Shown here in pieces: positions 10,061 through 20,584 of a DNA stretch of 64,000 bases. A program made the position numbers and the translations under genes. Origin of the DNA: Thermodesulfobacteriota bacterium (GTDB lineage: Bacteria > Desulfobacterota_D > UBA1144 > Nemesobacterales > CSP1-2); contig DATMAT010000029.1 in NCBI GenBank assembly GCA_035559815.1, forward strand, positions 2,485 to 66,484, in the 5' to 3' direction. A model generated the notes under the pieces. The model saw only the letters and a list, made by a program, of their open reading frames with translations. It was not told the DNA's origin and did not search any database. Every line of letters starts with the position of its first letter. Within the stretch, counting starts at the first letter, position 1.

Positions 10061-10250
10061 TCTTCGGTAGGAATTTTTTCTCGGTGAGCTTTCAAACTTT
10101 CTAAGTAGATTTTCATGGTGTCTTTAATATTCCCAACAGCTTCTTCGTAGGTATCACCCTGGGTGTGACAGCCTGGAAGAGCAGGGCAAAAGGCGTGGTA
10201 ACTGCCGTCTCCTCTCTTTCTAGAATTATCGTGTAGTTATATTCTTTCAT
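10042..10250 (-). pseudogene. hicB: HicB-family antitoxin, frameshifted (1-bp deletion)
   Basis: frame A gives MKEYNYTIILEREE; +1 frame continues DGSYHAFCPALPGCHTQGDTYEEAVGNIKDTMKIYLESL (HicB/UPF0150 signature); one missing G in gaggag(g)acggc restores it; no hicA adjacent. Confidence 0.55.
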
Positions 10251-10396
10251 TTTTCTTGCCTCCAAACTCTAGCCTTTTCCCATTTAACCTCTACCTTAAT
10301 TTTAAAGTATTTCAAATTAGTAAGAAAGTACCTACGGAGTTCATGCAGGGCTATTTCCTATCGCCGCTCGGAACTCAGGTTTGTGTTTTATCGAGA

Positions 10397-11302
10397 TCAT
10401 CTGATTAAATAGGCGATGATAATCGGCGTGGTGACGATGGAGATCAACGTTCCGGCCATTATGATCGAGGCTACGACCTGGGAGTCTTGTTTATACTTCT
10501 CGGCCAGGACGAAATTAAAAACAGCCGGGGGCATGGCCGATTGAAGTTTCACCACGCTGGCGATAACCCCGCTAAGGTCGAGCATTTTTACCACTACCAG
10601 CCCGAAAATAAACCCGGCTCCCACTCTTAATCCGCCGAAGAGGAACGACCTCTTCAGGTCGGTTAGCCTGACCTCGGACAATTTATACCCTAATGCAAAG
10701 GTCATCATGGGAATGCTGGCCTCTCCCAGAAGGTCTATTCCATTATGAATTGCCGTAGGCATGTTCCACTCCATCACGCTGAAAGCGACACCGAGCACTG
10801 CTGAATAGATGAGCGGGAGCCGGAACACTTCGAGCGGGCTCTTGCCATAATTCAAGATCATTATCCCCAACGAGTAATGAAGAACGGTGGTAGAAATCAT
10901 GTAGAGGATTCCGACGTTGAACCCCAAATCGCCAAATGCGAATAGCACCAGGGGAAGCCCCATGTTTCCGGTGTTGGCAAAAAGTACGGTTGGAAGATAA
11001 ACCTTGGTACGGAGATTTAATATTCTGACTGTCAGAAAGCCTATTACGAGGCATCCCAATATCACTCCGATAACGGAAACAAAGACCTTCACGGCAAGGC
11101 TGATTGCAAGCGGCTCCTCGGTGAGCGACGACAGGATGAGGCACGGGGTGGACACGTATATTACGAAGTCGTTGATAGCGGTGAGATTTATCTTTTTTAT
11201 CTTGCCGAACAGGTATCCGATGAGCGTGATCAGAAAAACCGGGAGTACGATGTTTATGATCTGGATGATAATCTGAGAAACCTCCTTCTCGGAGTCTGCC
11301 AT
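10397..11302 (-). CDS. AEC-family (auxin efflux carrier-like) membrane transporter
   Basis: about 10 TM helices, 301 aa, AEC-like architecture. Confidence 0.5.
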   Translation of the reverse strand: MADSEKEVSQIIIQIINIVLPVFLITLIGYLFGKIKKINLTAINDFVIYVSTPCLILSSLTEEPLAISLAVKVFVSVIGVILGCLVIGFLTVRILNLRTKVYLPTVLFANTGNMGLPLVLFAFGDLGFNVGILYMISTTVLHYSLGIMILNYGKSPLEVFRLPLIYSAVLGVAFSVMEWNMPTAIHNGIDLLGEASIPMMTFALGYKLSEVRLTDLKRSFLFGGLRVGAGFIFGLVVVKMLDLSGVIASVVKLQSAMPPAVFNFVLAEKYKQDSQVVASIIMAGTLISIVTTPIIIAYLIR

Positions 11303-11959
11303 AAGCCCCTATCGAGTTGGCTAATCATTTTACCTAACCGATGTGTCGTGACGAGTCTTAAGATAACTAAGTAAGATATTAGAATGTCATTCGAGCTCCT
11401 AATCTGGGGATTTCTTCTGGTTTTTTTCCGCTGTTATTTCTAGGAATCCTTCTGTTTTTGATCGTCCCTAGCGTCGCTTAGAGTTTTGGCTTCGTCATTT
11501 CCCAGGAAGATAACCTGAAACATTGCAAGATTCCTCACATCCGTTCGGAATGACAAAAGCGGTTTTGCGGTATGGGAAACGCAATGAAGGTTCTGTCATT
11601 TCGACTGAAGGGAGAAATCTTAATGATGTAATAGTTCAAGATTCCTCATAAGCTCCTTCGCTGCCGCTCTGGACATGGTTCGGAATGATAACCAGGTTTT
11701 CTAACACCGCATGAAAATGTTTGGTGTGGGTTACAAAAGCCCCCACACCGTCCGAACCGGTGACAGTAAATTCCTTCACCCCTTCCAGCGGGGGAAGGTT
11801 AGGATGTGGGGGGTAAATGAATCTTTCTTCACACATCGTCTATCTTGAGTCAAATCGAAGGGCTCCTCGCAATTGACACAAGGAGCTTGCTGGTTTACTC
11901 ATCTGTCGTTTATGAAATTCGGTTAAAATTAAATAGGAATATCTGATTAGGAGGACGCA

Positions 11960-12358
11960 ATGGCTAAATTACCCGAACAAGCTCTTAAGCTCATTAAAGA
12001 AGGAAAGAATTTCGCCACTATTGCCACGCTGATGCCGGACGGCTCGCCTCATGCGACGGTTACCTGGATAGACACGGATGGCAAACATGTAATATTCAAT
12101 ACCGCTGAGGGCAGGCTTAAACCCAAAAATCTTAGAAAGGATCCCCGGGTATCAATCTCCATACTCAATTCCGATAACCCGTATCAGCAAGTGGTGATTC
12201 AGGGACGGGCTGTCGAAATGACCCATGACGGCGCAGATGAGCACATCGACCGTATGGCCAAAAAATATTTGGGAGTGGATAAGTACCCATATCGTGCACC
12301 CGGAGAGAAGAGGGTTATTGTTAAAGTTGCACCGGATAAGGTTAGTGTGATGGGATAG
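11960..12358 (+). CDS. PPOX-class (pyridoxamine 5'-phosphate oxidase-like) FMN/F420-binding protein
   Basis: 132 aa split-barrel pattern (TIATLMPDGSPHATVTW...VIFNT...). Confidence 0.55.
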   Translation: MAKLPEQALKLIKEGKNFATIATLMPDGSPHATVTWIDTDGKHVIFNTAEGRLKPKNLRKDPRVSISILNSDNPYQQVVIQGRAVEMTHDGADEHIDRMAKKYLGVDKYPYRAPGEKRVIVKVAPDKVSVMG

Positions 12359-12490
12359 GGGATTGGATTTCTAAGGCTCTTTGGTTTTAAGTGATCTACC
12401 GGTCCCTTTGGTAAATTCCAGACATGCTTTGGGTAGACAATGTTGTCTCCTCTTGCAAAAAGATATTGGGTTATACGGGAATATTAGAGA

Positions 12491-13468
12491 CTACCATCTC
12501 ACCACTGCCGAGCCCCAGGTGAAGCCAGCGCCGAAGGCGGAAAATAAAACCAAATCCCCTTTCTGAAGCCTGCCGCTTTTTACCGCTTCATCGAGGGCGA
12601 TGGGCACCGAAGCTGACGAGGTATTTCCGTAGCGGTCCACGTTCATGAATACCTTCTCCGGCGGGATATCCAGGCGCCTTCTCACGGCGTCCATGATTCT
12701 GTAATTCGCCTGATGAGATATGAATAAATCAATTTCCTCCGGGTCCACACCCGCTTTTTTGATTGCCTCGACTGAAGCCGCCCCCATTGCTTTCACAGCC
12801 TCTTTGAACACCTCGTTCCCGTGCATTTTAAGGTAATGAAGCCTGTTTTTCACGCTCTCTTCTGAGGCCGGGTGGCGCGCTCCGCCTCCGGGCATATAGA
12901 GAAGGTTCCAGGCATCTCCGTCCGAGCCGAGGCAAATAGATAGAATTCCTGGTGTTTCCGATCTTGCTACTACCGCCGCTCCGGCTCCGTCGCCGAAGAG
13001 AATACAGGTGGTCCTGTCCTCGTAATCGGTGATTCTGGATAATGTTTCAGCGCCTACAACCAGGACAGTCTCGGCGTTCCCCGCATCTATGAAGGTTTTA
13101 GCTACCTGAAGTGCATATATAAATCCGGTACATCCGGCAAAGACGTCAAAAGCATAAGCTTTTTTGGCTTTCAGTCGGCCTTGAATAAGACAGGAAGTGG
13201 AGGGAAATAGATAGTCGGGTGTAACTGTAGACAGGATTATCAAGTCGATATCTTCGGGATTAAGTGAGGCAGCCTCTAATGCTCTAAGCGATGCTTCGTA
13301 ACCCATATCGGAGGAGGCTATATCCGGATCGGCTATTCTTCTCTCTACTATTCCCGTTCTTGTACGTATCCACTCGTCGGAAGTGTCCACAATTTTCTCA
13401 AGGTCAGCGTTTGAAAGTATCCTTTCGGGAATTGACAAGCCCGTACCTATTATTCTCGCATTAGCCAA
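12491..13468 (-). CDS. fabH: 3-oxoacyl-ACP synthase III
   Basis: RIIGTGLSIPE..., active-site FAGCTGFIYAL, C-terminal GFGAGFTWGSAVVRW. Confidence 0.85.
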   Translation of the reverse strand: MANARIIGTGLSIPERILSNADLEKIVDTSDEWIRTRTGIVERRIADPDIASSDMGYEASLRALEAASLNPEDIDLIILSTVTPDYLFPSTSCLIQGRLKAKKAYAFDVFAGCTGFIYALQVAKTFIDAGNAETVLVVGAETLSRITDYEDRTTCILFGDGAGAAVVARSETPGILSICLGSDGDAWNLLYMPGGGARHPASEESVKNRLHYLKMHGNEVFKEAVKAMGAASVEAIKKAGVDPEEIDLFISHQANYRIMDAVRRRLDIPPEKVFMNVDRYGNTSSASVPIALDEAVKSGRLQKGDLVLFSAFGAGFTWGSAVVRW

Positions 13469-13533
13469 GACGGTCGCTACTCCGATGGAACGTTTGAAGG
13501 GATATTATTAGGTAAATCCCAAATTTTGTCAAA

Positions 13534-14001
13534 CTAACCTCTTGCCTCAGCCGTAACTGATTTTATTTTTTCTTGATCGTCGTTACTTATTTTAACCCTT
13601 TTTAAATATTCGATTTTGTCGCTAAAAAAAATCATGTCCAGGTAATCCTGGTCCTTTAGCTTTTCCAGAAGTTCCATATCTTCACCGGATTCGATATTGA
13701 AGAAATAATCAAAGCGGTGGGGTTTGCTATTTTTATCTACAAGCGAGAAATACATCTTTACCGATGGGAATTCCGGCCTTTTTATGCATTCGAGGCCAAA
13801 TAGTATATTTTTTATAACTTTTAGGGAGTCGATTTTCTCTCGAGGCACCTTGAATATAAAGGCCGTTTTGCCATCGATCAGGTGAGGTAGGCATCCCCGG
13901 TCTATGAAAGAAAGGGTGGTCATCAATTCTGGGGTAAACTCTACTCTAGGATTGGTTTCTTCATCTTCTGGTGTGAGAGGCTCTTGGTTATGAAAGGCCA
14001 A
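13534..14001 (-). CDS. hypothetical protein (155 aa)
   Basis: ORF only. Confidence 0.35.
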   Translation of the reverse strand: MAFHNQEPLTPEDEETNPRVEFTPELMTTLSFIDRGCLPHLIDGKTAFIFKVPREKIDSLKVIKNILFGLECIKRPEFPSVKMYFSLVDKNSKPHRFDYFFNIESGEDMELLEKLKDQDYLDMIFFSDKIEYLKRVKISNDDQEKIKSVTAEARG

Positions 14002-14186
14002 TTAATGCTCCTTAAAGCTCAACGATGTGTTTTTTGTATTATCCTGGATAATACTCATTTTGACCAGCGGGTCAAGCGGATCTTAGGGGCGGACTGCAGA
14101 TTGTTTAAATTTTCATCCTTGACACAGGTCTTTATAATTAATTATTATCGAATTAGGAGGGAGGAACCACCAAACAAGGTCAAGAA

Positions 14187-14393
14187 GTGTTCTTGAAAAA
14201 GGAGGGAGAAATGCCAGTAGCCTTTGTAATAGGTGTGATTATCTTAGTAGTAGTTTTTCTCGCCGTTTACTTTATGCCGGAAAAAACTGAAACCGCTCCA
14301 CCCCCGCAAGCTGAGAAGAGGGAAGAACCCAAGCCGGCTAAATCGGATGAGACTATTGACCCATTCAAATCTGCAGTACCGCCCAAAGACTGA
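14187..14393 (+). CDS. small membrane protein, Pro/Lys-rich tail
   Basis: one TM helix then PPPQAEKREEPKPAK. Confidence 0.25.
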   Translation: MFLKKEGEMPVAFVIGVIILVVVFLAVYFMPEKTETAPPPQAEKREEPKPAKSDETIDPFKSAVPPKD

Positions 14394-14827
14394 GGGCGGC
14401 ACTCTTTATGTTTAGATAGTTATTTGCTCTGCTATCACGGATGAGCAAAGTTAAATTTCAGGGGTTGTAGCCTGAATTTATACGAAGTGAAAACCACTTT
14501 GTGTTAAACTTTAAATAACATAATGTAATTTCCGTAACCTTAATTCAGGCTTTATTTTGCCGAGCCTTACAATCTAACGACTGTAAAGGGGATGTTATTT
14601 TGATGGACTTGATGCCGAACTTTTCTATCCCTCTTTTAAGCATAATGAGCTAATGGGTCTTGACTGCGAATCGTTGATGGGGCAAGGATTCAAAAGAAGG
14701 TGAAACATAAAATACTATGCTAATCATTGAAACGGAAGATGGGTAGGCGCTATTTATTATGATGCTTTACCTATGACTAGGGGACGGTGTAGTAGAGGGT
14801 AACCAGGTAAGAGAAAGGTTAGTAGAG

Positions 14828-15343
14828 ATGAGAAATATACTTATGTGCGGTGGAATTTTTATATCCGCTTTAGTCTTATCGGGATGTGTGACAACAGTCG
14901 ATAAGATTCAGGATATACAGCAGAGGGCCATGATGTCCATGCGAAAGCCCGGCGAGAAGATGGTAGCGCCCCCAGAGGATGCTTCGAGGAGATACTCTTG
15001 CTCTACATATATGAAAGACAAGCTGGTTATCGAAGAAATTGACGTGATTCCGGATAGAATTAACGCCGGAGACGAGATAAACCAGAGAATACGTTACGGT
15101 TTGTGTCCTAACCCTCCTTCCGGTACTATGAACGGGAAGATTGTTAGAACGGTGCTTTTTAATGGAGAGACACAGTTTGAGGATATCACTTACTATGCAT
15201 TTAAGCCGGGTACCTGGACCATAGATGCCTTTATCCAGGTACCGCGAGATGTTGACGAAGGCATGTACGATGTTGAGGTCGTGATCACATACGGTTCTAA
15301 GACGGTGAGAAGCATGGAGTCGTTCCTGGTTAAAAAGAAATAG
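14828..15343 (+). CDS. hypothetical lipoprotein
   Basis: signal peptide and lipobox LSGC. Confidence 0.4.
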   Translation: MRNILMCGGIFISALVLSGCVTTVDKIQDIQQRAMMSMRKPGEKMVAPPEDASRRYSCSTYMKDKLVIEEIDVIPDRINAGDEINQRIRYGLCPNPPSGTMNGKIVRTVLFNGETQFEDITYYAFKPGTWTIDAFIQVPRDVDEGMYDVEVVITYGSKTVRSMESFLVKKK

Positions 15344-15511
15344 ACGGTTGAGGCCGTCATTAATTCGAAGGGCTAAGATAGTAAATCAATATATTCGTTA
15401 TGCTTAAACCGTGGGTTTCTCTCCGTATCTTAATTTATTGTAATTTGAAGTTAGGTTATAATATCCACATCGGATCGACGATGTTAACCAAAAGCTCACA
15501 GGGGGCATAAA

Positions 15512-15958
15512 ATGAAAAGGTTCATGTTACTCTTAGTAATTCCTCTTACGGTCTTTGTTTTTGCATCTTATGGGTGTAAAGAAAAGGAACAGGCTAAAGA
15601 AGGGGTGGGGGAAGTTAAGAAGGAAGCCAAGGAAGAGGCTAAACCGGTGGCAAAGCCCAAGCCTAAGAAGGCTGAACCGGCCACCAAGGTAAACATAAAT
15701 ACAGCAACGGCTGGAGAGCTTGCTCAGGTACCGGGCATCGGGGAAAAGTTGGCCAGACGGATAGTGAGGTACAGAGAAAAGCGTGGGGATTTTCAAACAA
15801 TCGAGGATATAAAGAAAGTGAAAGCCAATTGGGATAAAAGGTATAATAAGGCTAAAAACTACATCACTGTGGGTGGGCCTGCGGCGCCTGCACCGGGAGG
15901 CGGAGAGACTGCTCCAGGAGGAGCCGAGAGCACACCCGCACCCCAGCCTGCTCAGTAA
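15512..15958 (+). CDS. comEA: ComEA-like helix-hairpin-helix DNA-binding lipoprotein
   Basis: VNINTATAGELAQVPGIGEKLARRIVRYREKRGDFQTIEDI HhH motif; lipobox SYGC. Confidence 0.7.
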   Translation: MKRFMLLLVIPLTVFVFASYGCKEKEQAKEGVGEVKKEAKEEAKPVAKPKPKKAEPATKVNINTATAGELAQVPGIGEKLARRIVRYREKRGDFQTIEDIKKVKANWDKRYNKAKNYITVGGPAAPAPGGGETAPGGAESTPAPQPAQ

Positions 15959-16017
15959 TTTTTAAGTATTAAAAGCTCGTATTTTTATTTTAGATTAAGT
16001 TAAAGCTATGAAAATAA

Positions 16018-16057
16018 GGGGCGGCAGTTAGGACTTATTTAGCTAGCCGCCTTTTTT
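16018..16057 (+). terminator. putative intrinsic terminator after comEA
   Basis: ggggcggc...gccgcc stem then tttttt. Confidence 0.45.
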
Positions 16058-16226
16058 CGCCCCGATAGTATTATTTCTTGCCACGGGTTAACACTAGTAC
16101 ATTATCATTGCTAACGCGGTGAAGCAATCTCGTTTTTGGATTGCTTCGTCGCTATGCTCCTCGCAATGACAACTGAGACGGTATTATTGTAAGATTAAAG
16201 TTTATTAATAGTGGGAGTGACTTATC

Positions 16227-17258
16227 ATGCCCAATCTTAAGTTCGGCATTGTAGCTCCGGCTGGCGAAGAGCCCAAGAAGCTCCTGGAATTCATAAGGCG
16301 GGCCGAGGAGTCCGGGTTCGATAGCTTCTGGGCCGGGGATCATATGGTTTTTATGAGACCGGTTGCATACGACGTTTTATCCACTATTGCTGCGGCCAGT
16401 GTTTTAACCGATAAGATTTCGATGGGCTCCTTTTCTGATGCTCATAAGTTCCATCCCGCTGTTCTGGCCCAGCGCCTTGTTACGCTCGACCACCTCACGA
16501 ACGGAAGATTCATACTCGGCCTTGGTTTAGGCGAGGCGATGAACCTCGACCCTTATGGGATAAGGTGGAATAAACCGCTCTCTCGGATGGTGGAGTCAGT
16601 TAAATTAATCAGAAAACTTTGGGAAAGCGAGGAACCGTTCGACTATGAAGGTGAGTTCTTTACATTCAAGAAAGCGGTCCTGGGGGCAAAGCCGACTAGG
16701 GGAAAGGTTCCAATCTACATTGCCGCACACCGCCCAAAGAGCCTTCGTGTTGCTGCGGAAATGGGAGACGGTTGGATTACTCTCCCTCAGCCCCCATCTC
16801 TCTTTGCCAAAAGGTGTAAGCAGGTAGAGGAATGGAGAAAAGGTGTGGGTGGTGATTTGGATGGATTTGAGAAATGCCAGTACCTTTTTACATCGATTGC
16901 CAAAGACAAGGATGATGCTTACCGGGCGCTTGAGAATCTGAGGCACACCCTAATCTGGTCTGAGCTTTACGAAGAGGCGTATGTGGTCAAGCTTCCCCAA
17001 GAATACGAGGGCTTCGGCTACATGAATGTGATTACGACTGATGAAAGGGAGAAGCAAAGAATAATAGAGCAGGGAAAGCTTTTCCCGAAGGAAGCGGTGT
17101 TTGACTTTACCCTCTCCGGTTCAGCGAAGGATTGTATAAAGAGAATAGAGGAGTACATCGATGCCGGGGCGAATCATCTTCTAATCCACAACTTCAGCGC
17201 CGACCGAGAGTGGAGTTATAAGGTATTGACCAACCAAGTGATTCCGTATTTTAGGTGA
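16227..17258 (+). CDS. LLM-class (luciferase-like) flavin/F420-dependent oxidoreductase
   Basis: MPNLKFGIVAP...FDSFWAGDHM; TIM-barrel LLM pattern. Confidence 0.7.
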   Translation: MPNLKFGIVAPAGEEPKKLLEFIRRAEESGFDSFWAGDHMVFMRPVAYDVLSTIAAASVLTDKISMGSFSDAHKFHPAVLAQRLVTLDHLTNGRFILGLGLGEAMNLDPYGIRWNKPLSRMVESVKLIRKLWESEEPFDYEGEFFTFKKAVLGAKPTRGKVPIYIAAHRPKSLRVAAEMGDGWITLPQPPSLFAKRCKQVEEWRKGVGGDLDGFEKCQYLFTSIAKDKDDAYRALENLRHTLIWSELYEEAYVVKLPQEYEGFGYMNVITTDEREKQRIIEQGKLFPKEAVFDFTLSGSAKDCIKRIEEYIDAGANHLLIHNFSADREWSYKVLTNQVIPYFR

Positions 17259-17301
17259 GATAATCTAATACGGATAAAGCCGGGTTGTAATTCTTAAAAA
17301 T

Positions 17302-17595
17302 TTGGTTTACGCCGTCCTGAACATATTGACAAAGATAAGAGATAAGAGTTCTATTTCAAAGGCACGTTCCTACCAGCAAATTGGCGAGTTCTGGGATAAT
17401 CACGACCTTTCCGAATATTGGAACCAGACCCGACCAGTTAAATTTGAGGTTGATATTCAATCTGAGATAACCTACTATCCGTTGGAAAGCTCGTTGTCAG
17501 CAAAGGTTCGCTCTATAGCTAAACAAAGAGGTATATCCCCAGAAACTCTTCTAAATCCGTGGGTGCAGGAGAAACTACGGAAACAAAAAGGCTAG
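17302..17595 (+). CDS. BrnA/CopG-like putative antitoxin (EFWDxHD family), orphan
   Basis: IGEFWDNHDLSEYW...VKFEVD motif typical of small BrnA-type antitoxins; no toxin partner visible. Confidence 0.4.
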   Translation: MVYAVLNILTKIRDKSSISKARSYQQIGEFWDNHDLSEYWNQTRPVKFEVDIQSEITYYPLESSLSAKVRSIAKQRGISPETLLNPWVQEKLRKQKG

Positions 17596-17625
17596 TTGGC
17601 ATAGAGCACGGAATAATAAAAACAC

Positions 17626-19668
17626 CTATTTACCCCTCAGTTCATACACACCGTCCCAATCCGGAGGTGGAGGGAAGTTTTGGTATTCGTTGCAACGCCT
17701 GAGGTACTCTTTAGATGGTGTATCACCGGGGTCTAACTCAAGTATTTTTTCAAAAAACTCTCTTGCTTCATTCCACTTACGTTCTCGGTATAAATTAATT
17801 CCAGTTTGGAATTTTTCTAAAATCGCACTATTTCTATCATCTAAGTCGCTTTTTAGTGAGACAAGTTCATAGACCTTTACAGGATAAGTTTTTCCGACTA
17901 CGCGTATAGTATCCAATTCCCTGGCGGCGATTTCTTCATTGGCCAGCCTGTAGGTGTTTTCGGAAATAAGTATCTGAGTGCCGTAAATCTTGTTGGCACC
18001 TTCTAGCCTGCTTGCCAGGTTCACTTCATCTCCAATTACCGTATATTCAAACCGGGAGGAGGAGCCGATATTTCCCACTACCGCCTCGCCGGTGTTAATA
18101 CCGAAGCGGAAAGTCCTTGCCGGTATTCCTTGCTCTATCCATCTTCCTTGCAAGGTTTTAAGAAAATCCCGGCATCTGAGCGCTGCCAGGCAGGCAAGGG
18201 CGGAGTGGTTTTCCTGTGGAACAGGCGCTCCCCAGAAAGCTACGATGGCGTCTCCTTGAAACTGATTGATCGTTCCGTTGAATTCGAGGATTGCCGAGCT
18301 CATTCCCTCAAAATATTCATTCAGGTGTTTGACCACTTCCTCCGGTGTCAAGGTTTCGGAGAGAGTGGTGAATCCGCCTATGTCTGAGAACATGACGGTG
18401 AGCTCTTTCTTGCTTCCTCCAAGGCGCACCAGTTCCGGGTTTTTGATGATTTCAGAGGCAACGGCCTTAGAAACGTAGCGCTCGAAGGTGCTTTTGATAA
18501 ACTCCCTTTCTTTAAGACCTTTGGTCATATCATTAAATGCGCCACCCAGCTCCTGAAGCTCGTCTCCGGTTTGAATATTTACCCGGGTGTCAAGCTCTCC
18601 CTCTCCGATTTTTCTTGCTGCTATTGCTAGGGTTTTGACCGGCTTTGTGACCCCCTCTGCTAAAAAGAAGCTGAGTCCTACGGCTATGAGCAGTATGAGC
18701 CCGCCTGCGAGGAGCAGGGTGATCTGTAATTTCTTCAAGAAACTGAGTTCTTCGGTCAGTGATTTGAGGACTAAGAATCCACCCTCTCCTGCCGGAACAT
18801 CGGGCAGGATCGAGGATTTCATGGCAAGAAATTGTTCTTTACCCAATGATAACTCTTCCACTAAATTTTCGTCGGTATTTGTTCCCGTCGCGGCCTCGAA
18901 CTGTTTTGATAGCTCTTCTTCTTTTTGAGGCGAAAAGGTGGATGCGTTAATACCAGCTTTGGAATAGAGAATTATATCCACCGATGAAATCTCTTTTATG
19001 CTCTCCAGTGTTTTCCTATCAATTCGGCTGCCCCAGACAACAATCCCATGGACCTCATCCCCGAATGCCACCGGTTTTGCCACAATCTGGTATATAGACT
19101 CTTTTACTCCGGGCGGGAAAATCTTTATACCCTCGACGTTATCCAAGCGGGAATTCCATATGGTTACTGCTTCCCGCTCTTCAAAAATTCTTCTGAAAAA
19201 AGGTAGGCCGCTTAAATCCTGGCCAAATTTCTCCGGGTCCTCTTTCGTGAATAGGAGTTCTCCCTGGGCGTTTGTCACCAGGAAAACATCGCCTTTCTGG
19301 TAAATTGAGATAAATGGAAGAAGGGAGTTTAGCCTGAGGTTCGCATCCTTTAAAATCTCATTATGATCTGTAGCCAGACCAAAACCAAAATCCTCCGTCC
19401 CTATTGATGCCGTGGACAGTATGGTGCGAAATTGAGCGTTACTCATGGTAAGAGAGTTAATCTCATCTAGGGCGAATTGGGTTCTTAGTTCCTGTAGCTG
19501 CCTGAAGGCAAAGATGGTGCTTTCAAATCTGGACCTTATGTTTTCCTTTACCTGATTTTTCGTAGTTTCTTGGAGCACCAGAAGCACCGTTATAATGGAG
19601 ATGAAAACAACCAGTGCCAAGACAACAAAAATCTTAGTACGGAAGCTGAGGGATGGTCTTGAGAACAT
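17626..19668 (-). CDS. class III adenylate/guanylate cyclase with periplasmic sensor, HAMP and C-terminal TPR-like tail
   Basis: N-terminal TM, extracytoplasmic domain, second TM, HAMP, cyclase core (FSDIGGFT...GDAIVAFWGAP). Confidence 0.75.
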   Translation of the reverse strand: MFSRPSLSFRTKIFVVLALVVFISIITVLLVLQETTKNQVKENIRSRFESTIFAFRQLQELRTQFALDEINSLTMSNAQFRTILSTASIGTEDFGFGLATDHNEILKDANLRLNSLLPFISIYQKGDVFLVTNAQGELLFTKEDPEKFGQDLSGLPFFRRIFEEREAVTIWNSRLDNVEGIKIFPPGVKESIYQIVAKPVAFGDEVHGIVVWGSRIDRKTLESIKEISSVDIILYSKAGINASTFSPQKEEELSKQFEAATGTNTDENLVEELSLGKEQFLAMKSSILPDVPAGEGGFLVLKSLTEELSFLKKLQITLLLAGGLILLIAVGLSFFLAEGVTKPVKTLAIAARKIGEGELDTRVNIQTGDELQELGGAFNDMTKGLKEREFIKSTFERYVSKAVASEIIKNPELVRLGGSKKELTVMFSDIGGFTTLSETLTPEEVVKHLNEYFEGMSSAILEFNGTINQFQGDAIVAFWGAPVPQENHSALACLAALRCRDFLKTLQGRWIEQGIPARTFRFGINTGEAVVGNIGSSSRFEYTVIGDEVNLASRLEGANKIYGTQILISENTYRLANEEIAARELDTIRVVGKTYPVKVYELVSLKSDLDDRNSAILEKFQTGINLYRERKWNEAREFFEKILELDPGDTPSKEYLRRCNEYQNFPPPPDWDGVYELRGK

Positions 19669-19849
19669 TTATGTTAATTAGTTTGCCACAAAGACACTAA
19701 GACACGAAGGAAAAATATGAGTTTCAAGAAGAATCCAGAGGTCAGAATACAGAATTTAGAAGTTTTTCCTTTTTACTTCTGACTCCTGGCCCCTGGATTC
19801 TATATTCTAACTTAGTGTCCTAATGCCTTAGCGGTTGATAGTTACGATA

Positions 19850-20584
19850 TTACTCCCAGTTATCTTCTTCTTCAGGATAATCGGTGCCGTCTTTTCTCTT
19901 GTGGGGCGGTATCTTCTCGATCTCTTTAAGCTCGAAGTCTATGAATAATTCTTGTCCGGGCAGAACCTCGATTTCTTTACTCACCCTTTGGGTTCTGGGT
20001 TTCCATACGTTTATGGAGTATCGCCCGGGTGGAACATTGGATATAGTGAACTTACCGTCCTTTCCGGTTTGGGCATAGGCTTTATTCTCCAGGACAAGGA
20101 CGAAAGAGATCATTTGGGGGTGAATGTTGCAGTAAACTGGCACTAGGCCGGGCTTATCGAATGTAACATCCTTGGGCGGGTCGGTGGACTTGTATTGGCC
20201 CAGGTCAAAGGATTTAACCGGAGATACGGAAAAGACATTGTGGTATATATCGTCGTGATTGGGGAAGGTCACGGTTTGTCCGGCAACTATGGGAAGAAGC
20301 ATGGGATGGAAGGTTTTGTCTTCCTGTACCAAATCATGCACCTCTCTTGGAGGTTCTGATTGGAACCCGGTAAGATAAACGACTACCCCGCTCATATCAT
20401 CCTTCTCTTTCATTCCCCCCATGAATTTCTTCTCCAGTACGGTCACCTGTCCGGTTATCAGGCCGTAGTTTTTAGTAGAGTTAGAGTTTTGAGAGTGTCC
20501 GGATATGGAAAACCCAAGACTGAAAATAGAGCAAATTAGAATTGCAAAACATTTCTTCATGGAGGGTCTCCTTGCATGGAACAA
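19850..20584 (-). CDS. secreted protein with carboxypeptidase-regulatory-like beta-sandwich
   Basis: signal peptide; GKFTISNVPPGRYSINVW resembles CarbopepD_reg-like domains. Confidence 0.3.
   Translation of the reverse strand: MFHARRPSMKKCFAILICSIFSLGFSISGHSQNSNSTKNYGLITGQVTVLEKKFMGGMKEKDDMSGVVVYLTGFQSEPPREVHDLVQEDKTFHPMLLPIVAGQTVTFPNHDDIYHNVFSVSPVKSFDLGQYKSTDPPKDVTFDKPGLVPVYCNIHPQMISFVLVLENKAYAQTGKDGKFTISNVPPGRYSINVWKPRTQRVSKEIEVLPGQELFIDFELKEIEKIPPHKRKDGTDYPEEEDNWE

Noticed and set aside
11636-11836. 66-aa minus-strand ORF after the family-B repeats
   Set aside because: It has no RBS or motif and is flanked by repeats. It could be a gene remnant but is unsupported.
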